Source: Stylophora pistillata (lineage: Eukaryota). From it: 64,000 bases of DNA. Position 1 is the first letter of the stretch; every line of letters starts with the position of its first letter. Below, piece after piece: positions 59,301 to 64,000 of this stretch. The translations under genes were made by a program, and so were the position numbers. The notes beneath the pieces were generated by a model. That model saw only the letters and a program-made list of their open reading frames with translations, did no database searches and was not told the origin of the DNA. The stretch is from positions 78,600-142,599 of the forward strand of contig NW_019217928.1 of assembly GCF_002571385.2 (NCBI RefSeq). The letters run 5' to 3'.

Positions 59301-61855
59301 ATTCTCTAACTGTCCTTTCTTCGATATTCATCCTCGCTTGACGGTTTGTTTTTCGTCGCTGTGTGATTGGGTTTGATTTTTGATCGGCATCTTTCTCAAT
59401 TCCAGAATCACGCACACCAATCATACTCATTCCTGCTGGTACTACCTCACTCATTACACTTTACAATGCTCAGGATTTGCTGCAGGACTACAAGTAAGAA
59501 GCCCTCAATGTAATGAGTTAGATTTGTCAAACATGGTTCTAAACCTATCGAGGAGCTATTCGTTACTGATAATTGGAAAACTATGATTCCTCGTGGGTCT
59601 TAGAGCAATTTTCAATTGGGTGTCAAACTAACTCGAGATTTGATTGATTTTGCTTTACTTCGCTCTCTGATTGGTCCAGAAAACTCGCGCCACGCTTTCA
59701 ACCAATCAGGATCTGGTCGCCGCGTTTTCCCGCACTTTTGGTAGTTTTTTGTTTTTTTTACTTTGAGTTCTCATCGGCTCATAAAGGTATTTTCCTTTCT
59801 GATCAGCCGTTATTATAACTCAGGTTTCGGATTAACAATACTCTATCGAAAAGCGCTCCCTTTATCTAGGAAGTAACACACACGGAGCGTCTTTTCGCAC
59901 ACCTCTTGTAGGGGAATGTCATCAGTGTGCCTCAGCCTTTAAACCATTTGTTCTGTACCGTCGAAAGGTTCATCAGTTCTGATGAGAAAAAAGCTCAGGG
60001 TGGAAGGCGCGAAAACGAAGTACTCATTCAGCGAAGGAAGGACATTCAGCCGGCCCAGGCCGGTACAGGAGGAGCATCGACCACAGTGACTGTACCTTAC
60101 AGGGTGATAGACAACCCAGCCCGTCTCCAACCCAACGACTGGTGAGTCGACCCCACCCCCACCCCCCACCCTTTCCTCCCAGAGAATTTTTTTATACCTC
60201 TTGTGGATTGAAATTTAAAGGTTACAATTTTGTTTTTTTTTTTTTGAGGTAAAATATCAGTGAGGAACTAATTTTCACGATAAGTGTAAGCAGCAGAGCA
60301 TTATCAACGAGTTTAATTGCTAGTTCGATAAAAGCACACTCCACTTATTAGAGACATCTCACTAAATTGTTTTAAATGTTTTTAAGCTTTATTTCTCAAC
60401 TGAACCAAAATTCAACAAAAACTAAGCACGGCGTGATCACTCGTGCTTTCCCGCGCTTTAGACAGTTGACTTGTATTTACCTTCCTTATGTTCTTTACCT
60501 TAGCTCTGATTGGCTCTGGTGATCATTTTGTTCGTGGTTTGGGTCTCATTGTATTTATTTATAACTTGTTTTCTAATATTTGCCAAAGTTTTTTTTTTTA
60601 ACGTTTGCTTTGAGTTATCGTTTTTTCCTCTTCCAGGAATCGTGTTGTAGCAGTGTTTGTCCAGGGTCCAGCCTGGCAGTTCAAAGGTTGGCCTTACAGC
60701 TCCCCTGTCGACATCTTCATCAAAAGTATGTTTGACTGTTGGATTGCAACTAGTAGCACGCCCAGTTGTAATTGAGCTTTCGGGTTTCTGTACGTCATGG
60801 CTATACCTTTACATTACTGATCTTCCATCTAAGCTCTCGTAGCTGGCGGGTTTTTGGCACAATTTTTGTTTGCCGTCTTCGAACTAAAGGCCACTCCTAA
60901 TCACCTACACCATCTGTGGAAACCTTCACTACGAAGCGACATTGGAATTTAAATCAAGTTTCTGTCACACCTAACATTTACAAATGACTTACCGTATTTG
61001 ATGTCAGCGACCGAAGAAAATTGGTTTTGAGAAAAACACCGCATCGTAAACGCTAAAAATTCAGTTAATATGTAATGTAAATGTGTGCCACGATCGGCTA
61101 TTTCTCCCAATTTTAAACTATTCGCTGGATTAAAGAGGAATGCTTCTTGTGTTGCAGCTAAAGGTTTCTATCTCAAGTACGACGAGATGAAAACAGATCC
61201 CAATGTGCAGAAATGGGACGTACATATCCTCACAGTTAGTATATTTGTTGTTTTTTTTACCTTCCTCCGAAATGGGAGAAAAAGATTAATAGGTGTGTTT
61301 ACAACTTACTTTCAGATCAGCCGAAATAAACGACATCTAGACAAAGCTTCCATCATCAGATTCTGGGAAATTCTTGATAAGTAAGTACACTGATTGCATT
61401 TTACCTTTTGACCCCAGAGTGACCAGTATCTAATTTCTCCTTACAATATCACCCCTGAATTCAAACGTTAAGGTCATGAGAGTAAAGGAAATGATCACCA
61501 ACTGAAGAAGCTTTTGATTGTTAAACAAATTCACCTTGTCAGCACCATAGCAAATGTATAGAGAACAGTTTGGAGAATATGCATACTGATGTTAGGGTGT
61601 AAAACAGGTTTCGCGAATACTCGATGCGTTCCTACATGGCTGCTTATTCTTTACATTTTATTGAGAGAAACTGATAGATATTATTGAGAGCTACTCCCAA
61701 ACCGGAGTTTTCTTCAAACCACGAGGCTTTTGATGTTATGAATTCAGTGCTCGGATGCCTGTTGTAGGCGTTCACCTAGATTTCCGCTTAGCTTAAATTA
61801 CATTTTTTTTCTCGGCAGGTTTATGACCAAGAACAAACCACATTTACGCTTCTAA
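50309..61855 (+). CDS. CDC73: Parafibromin, PAF1 complex subunit
   Basis: 21 exons: 50309-50439, 50569-50662, 50972-51010, 52340-52370, 53510-53584, 54032-54087, 54625-54648, 54922-54983, 55213-55324, 56940-57044, 57230-57328, 57640-57712, 57952-58016, 58223-58298, 58866-58898, 59406-59493, 59968-60141, 60637-60725, 61158-61234, 61316-61380, 61819-61855. Peptides [45 protein letters not shown] and KPHLRF* match CDC73. Confidence 0.96.
52143..52327. mobile_element. Short inverted PLE pLTR insertion at the CDC73 exon 4 acceptor
   Basis: Antisense arm (partial hammerhead AGCTGACGTTTTGAGTGTTAGCCC) followed by a sense arm. TSD TATAAATTTCAGG at 52130-52142 and 52328-52340. Confidence 0.8.
52455..52896 (+). 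mobile_element. Degenerate tRNA-headed SINE with LINE-like tail
   Basis: Decayed A/B boxes, body GGTCTTAAAATAACT..GAGAA..TGCTGCCTTTG, tail TTGTAAAG.GCC... ending in (TTA)n. Confidence 0.55.
52897..53373 (-). mobile_element. 3' fragment of an R4/Dong-like (RLE) non-LTR retrotransposon
   Basis: Decayed [32 protein letters not shown]...[21 protein letters not shown], flanked on both sides by (TTA)n. Confidence 0.55.
55340..55620 (+). mobile_element. SINE
   Basis: Decayed B box, then TTGTGTTGTGTTCTT..CAGTGCCTCTCT.CACCC.GGTGT..AAATGG..GGACTAGCAT.CCATCCAGGGGGGAG-type body. Confidence 0.65.
55925..56187 (-). mobile_element. L2/CR1-group LINE 3' end fragment nested in a TTAA MITE
   Basis: [32 protein letters not shown], followed by a TTGTAAAGCGCC..AAGTGC tail. 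Confidence 0.7.
56461..56908. repeat. piggyBac-like MITE with 4 tandem 86-bp internal units
   Basis: GTGACCA.CATCTAATTTCTCCTCACAAT at 56461, 56547, 56633, 56719; ends AAAGGTTAA. Single-unit relatives at ~61405-61605, 53815-54005, 8856-9093, 19149-19345. Confidence 0.8.
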
Positions 61856-62102
61856 ACATTGTAAACAAATTCATTGTAACTGGAATTTCCATGGCAGTGA
61901 GAAGCTAATGATATCCTGTGTATGGCAGACGGCTTTATCGATCATGCAGCAAAGCTGTAAAGTTTTGTAAAGAAGCAGTAATTCTGTGAATTGAACAGTC
62001 ATTGGAACACTTTACCGCAGTTTTGTCCAGATTTCCATTACTTAGTAGAGTCGGTTTTTGAAATCTTATGATCATGCGGTTGTATTTCATATATCACTAT
62101 TA

Positions 62103-62265
62103 CAGTGCCGTATCCAGACCATGATATTGGGAGGGGGGAGGGGAGGAGAGCGGTCATCCAGACCATTAGAAAAAGGGGGGTCTCCAAAAGTTTTCTTGGC
62201 TCTTTGAGCCTCAGTTTGGTCCAAAAATAAGGGGGACTCAGGCCCCTCCCCTGGATCCGTCACTG
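62103..62265. mobile_element. MITE with CAGTG.CG.ATCCAG TIRs
   Basis: ATTA|CAGTGCCGTATCCAG ... CTGGATCCGTCACTG|ATTA. Confidence 0.7.
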
Positions 62266-64000
62266 ATTAACTCCCAGCTTAGTGTAACTGTTGAGGAACT
62301 CGAATAATTCCGGCTTAAATTTCTCTTCGAAGCAATTTATCATACGATAGTTAACAGTATGGTAACTGGGATTTAAATAAGTTCAAAAGCGCTAGCAGCC
62401 ATCCCAGTGTATTTTGGCTCAGTAAAAGTTCAACGTTCATAACTTTAGGAGCTCTTTTGGGGAGAATTTGATTATAAGAGAAGAATTTGATCCTGTAACT
62501 TTCAGTAAACTGGCATGCTTAATTGACTCGTGTTCTCTGAAGATGATTCGTGGTTTGCAAGGTGTTTGCAATTTCACGACGTGGTAAATAAGTCGCCCGG
62601 AAATGGTCAGTTAATTTATTTAGTGTTGCGGCGGGTGTACAAGCGAATATTAAGAGCGTATTACAGTCATTGGCGAGAATTTTCTTTTGTAATTTCACTG
62701 GGTATATGCTGAGCGAACCTTCATCGTTCCTATGAAGAACAGAGACGAGGTTACGATGAAAAGTATTTTCGGTACGTTGTAAGTACTCTTAGATAGTAAT
62801 ATGTTTACTCTAAAATCAGGTAAATAAACACCTCTTTCACCATTCAACTGAGAGACCACTCCACTTAGTTCATGCCAAGTTGTCATGTGACGTTAGAAAT
62901 CTCATTTCGCGCAGGAAGAGTTGAAAATGTGACAACGCCTCCAACTTTATATTTCGAGCCCTGAGGCACGATAATTCAATTTCCAGAATTTTTTTTTTAT
63001 TTTTATCTTCACCTTACTGTTTAACTGCCATTATCCAACAAACGTTTCAAGTGCAAACGGTCCTTTCACAGAAAAATCTGTCGCAAAAGTATAAATAAAA
63101 TCGCCAAAAAAATGTCCTGGCTCCGCGTGACTTATGGAATGTTCTTTTCACCGGGAAAATAAGGAGTACTCATAATCCGACAAATTACGTAGCGCGAAAT
63201 GTATTATAGGCGGCTAAGACCGGGGGCCGCTAGCACCCTTTAAGAGGCCATGAGCAATCAGGATTGGAGCGAGAACGGAGTTTTTCAAGAGGAAATTTTC
63301 GGGATTGGAACATGATGCGCACGATACTCTGTGCACACAAGATCATAAAATTGTCAGAGCTTTCAGTTTCACTGTCGACACGCTTCCAATCTTCAAAGAC
63401 CCAATCAAAGAGGCTTTCTTTTCGGGCATTAATTACATAGAGGTTAATGGTTCAAAACACGAAGGCGCGGTATATAAGGAAGTCTTCCCTGGGAAGACCG
63501 AGGTTCATTTGTCACTCTCCGTTGACGTGTGCGGGTCAAATTCAAATGCTGGTGGACGAACAAAAGGAGCTAATGAGATGTCTATTGTTTACATCCACCA
63601 GCATGGTGGCAATGAGGTAACGTGCCAACCACCTTCTTCCATCTCAAATTTACCGCCACAAATAAAGACAGTTTCCGTTGGAGAAAGGAAATACAAATCT
63701 CAAAAATTCTTGTATTGTGATGAAGACATAAAACAATTTTGAGGAATGCGCCCGCTGTTCACTGCTTTGGATGTAGCTGTAGCTCAAGTTGACTTGACTC
63801 TGAGAGTTCTACAGCACACGACGGTTGATTGACAAATGGTCCAGTGGGACCTAACGCTCCTTTTATAGCGCGCCTTCGTGTTTAAGTTATGATAAACTAT
63901 TTCCTCTGGAAAGCAGCAATTTTGAATACAAGGTAAACGAGTGTGAAATTTTCCAAGTCTACCTTATTTTTTTTGGTGATTCTGTCAGCTACTTTATAAC

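Noticed and set aside
63305-63742. 145-aa ORF
   Set aside because: Non-ATG start, no recognisable domain or convincing splice context, and it overlaps the inverted promoter-like motif

Overview
Eukaryotic, AT-rich, intron-rich animal DNA. Gene content and repeat families point to an anthozoan cnidarian, probably a stony coral (inference). Protein-coding genes: an uncharacterised 8-exon gene (+, 1.1-7.3 kb); SWI5 (-) head-to-head with ODAD3/CCDC151 (+, 13 exons); two rhodopsin-class GPCRs with single coding exons (-), one highly atypical; and a putative secreted tandem 2OG-Fe(II) oxygenase (-) head-to-head with CDC73/parafibromin (+, 21 exons). The rest is dense in non-autonomous transposons: Kolobok, Harbinger, Tc1/mariner, hAT-like and piggyBac-like MITEs, SINEs, and L2 and R4/Dong fragments. 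Penelope-like element (PLE) fragments carry minimal hammerhead ribozymes. The most striking structure is a 2.2-kb insertion (25831-28054) of nine near-identical 245-bp tRNA-Thr-like units. They form two inverted arms (5 antisense + 4 sense) bounded by a 13-bp target-site duplication. The arm end-points close almost exactly into nine full turns of the unit. Three PLE insertions in the window have 12-13-bp TSDs, and two of them share the same inverted geometry. Together this suggests a tRNA-like circular or multimeric RNA that is retrotransposed by Penelope machinery through twin priming. All exon models were derived by eye from splice signals and reading-frame continuity.
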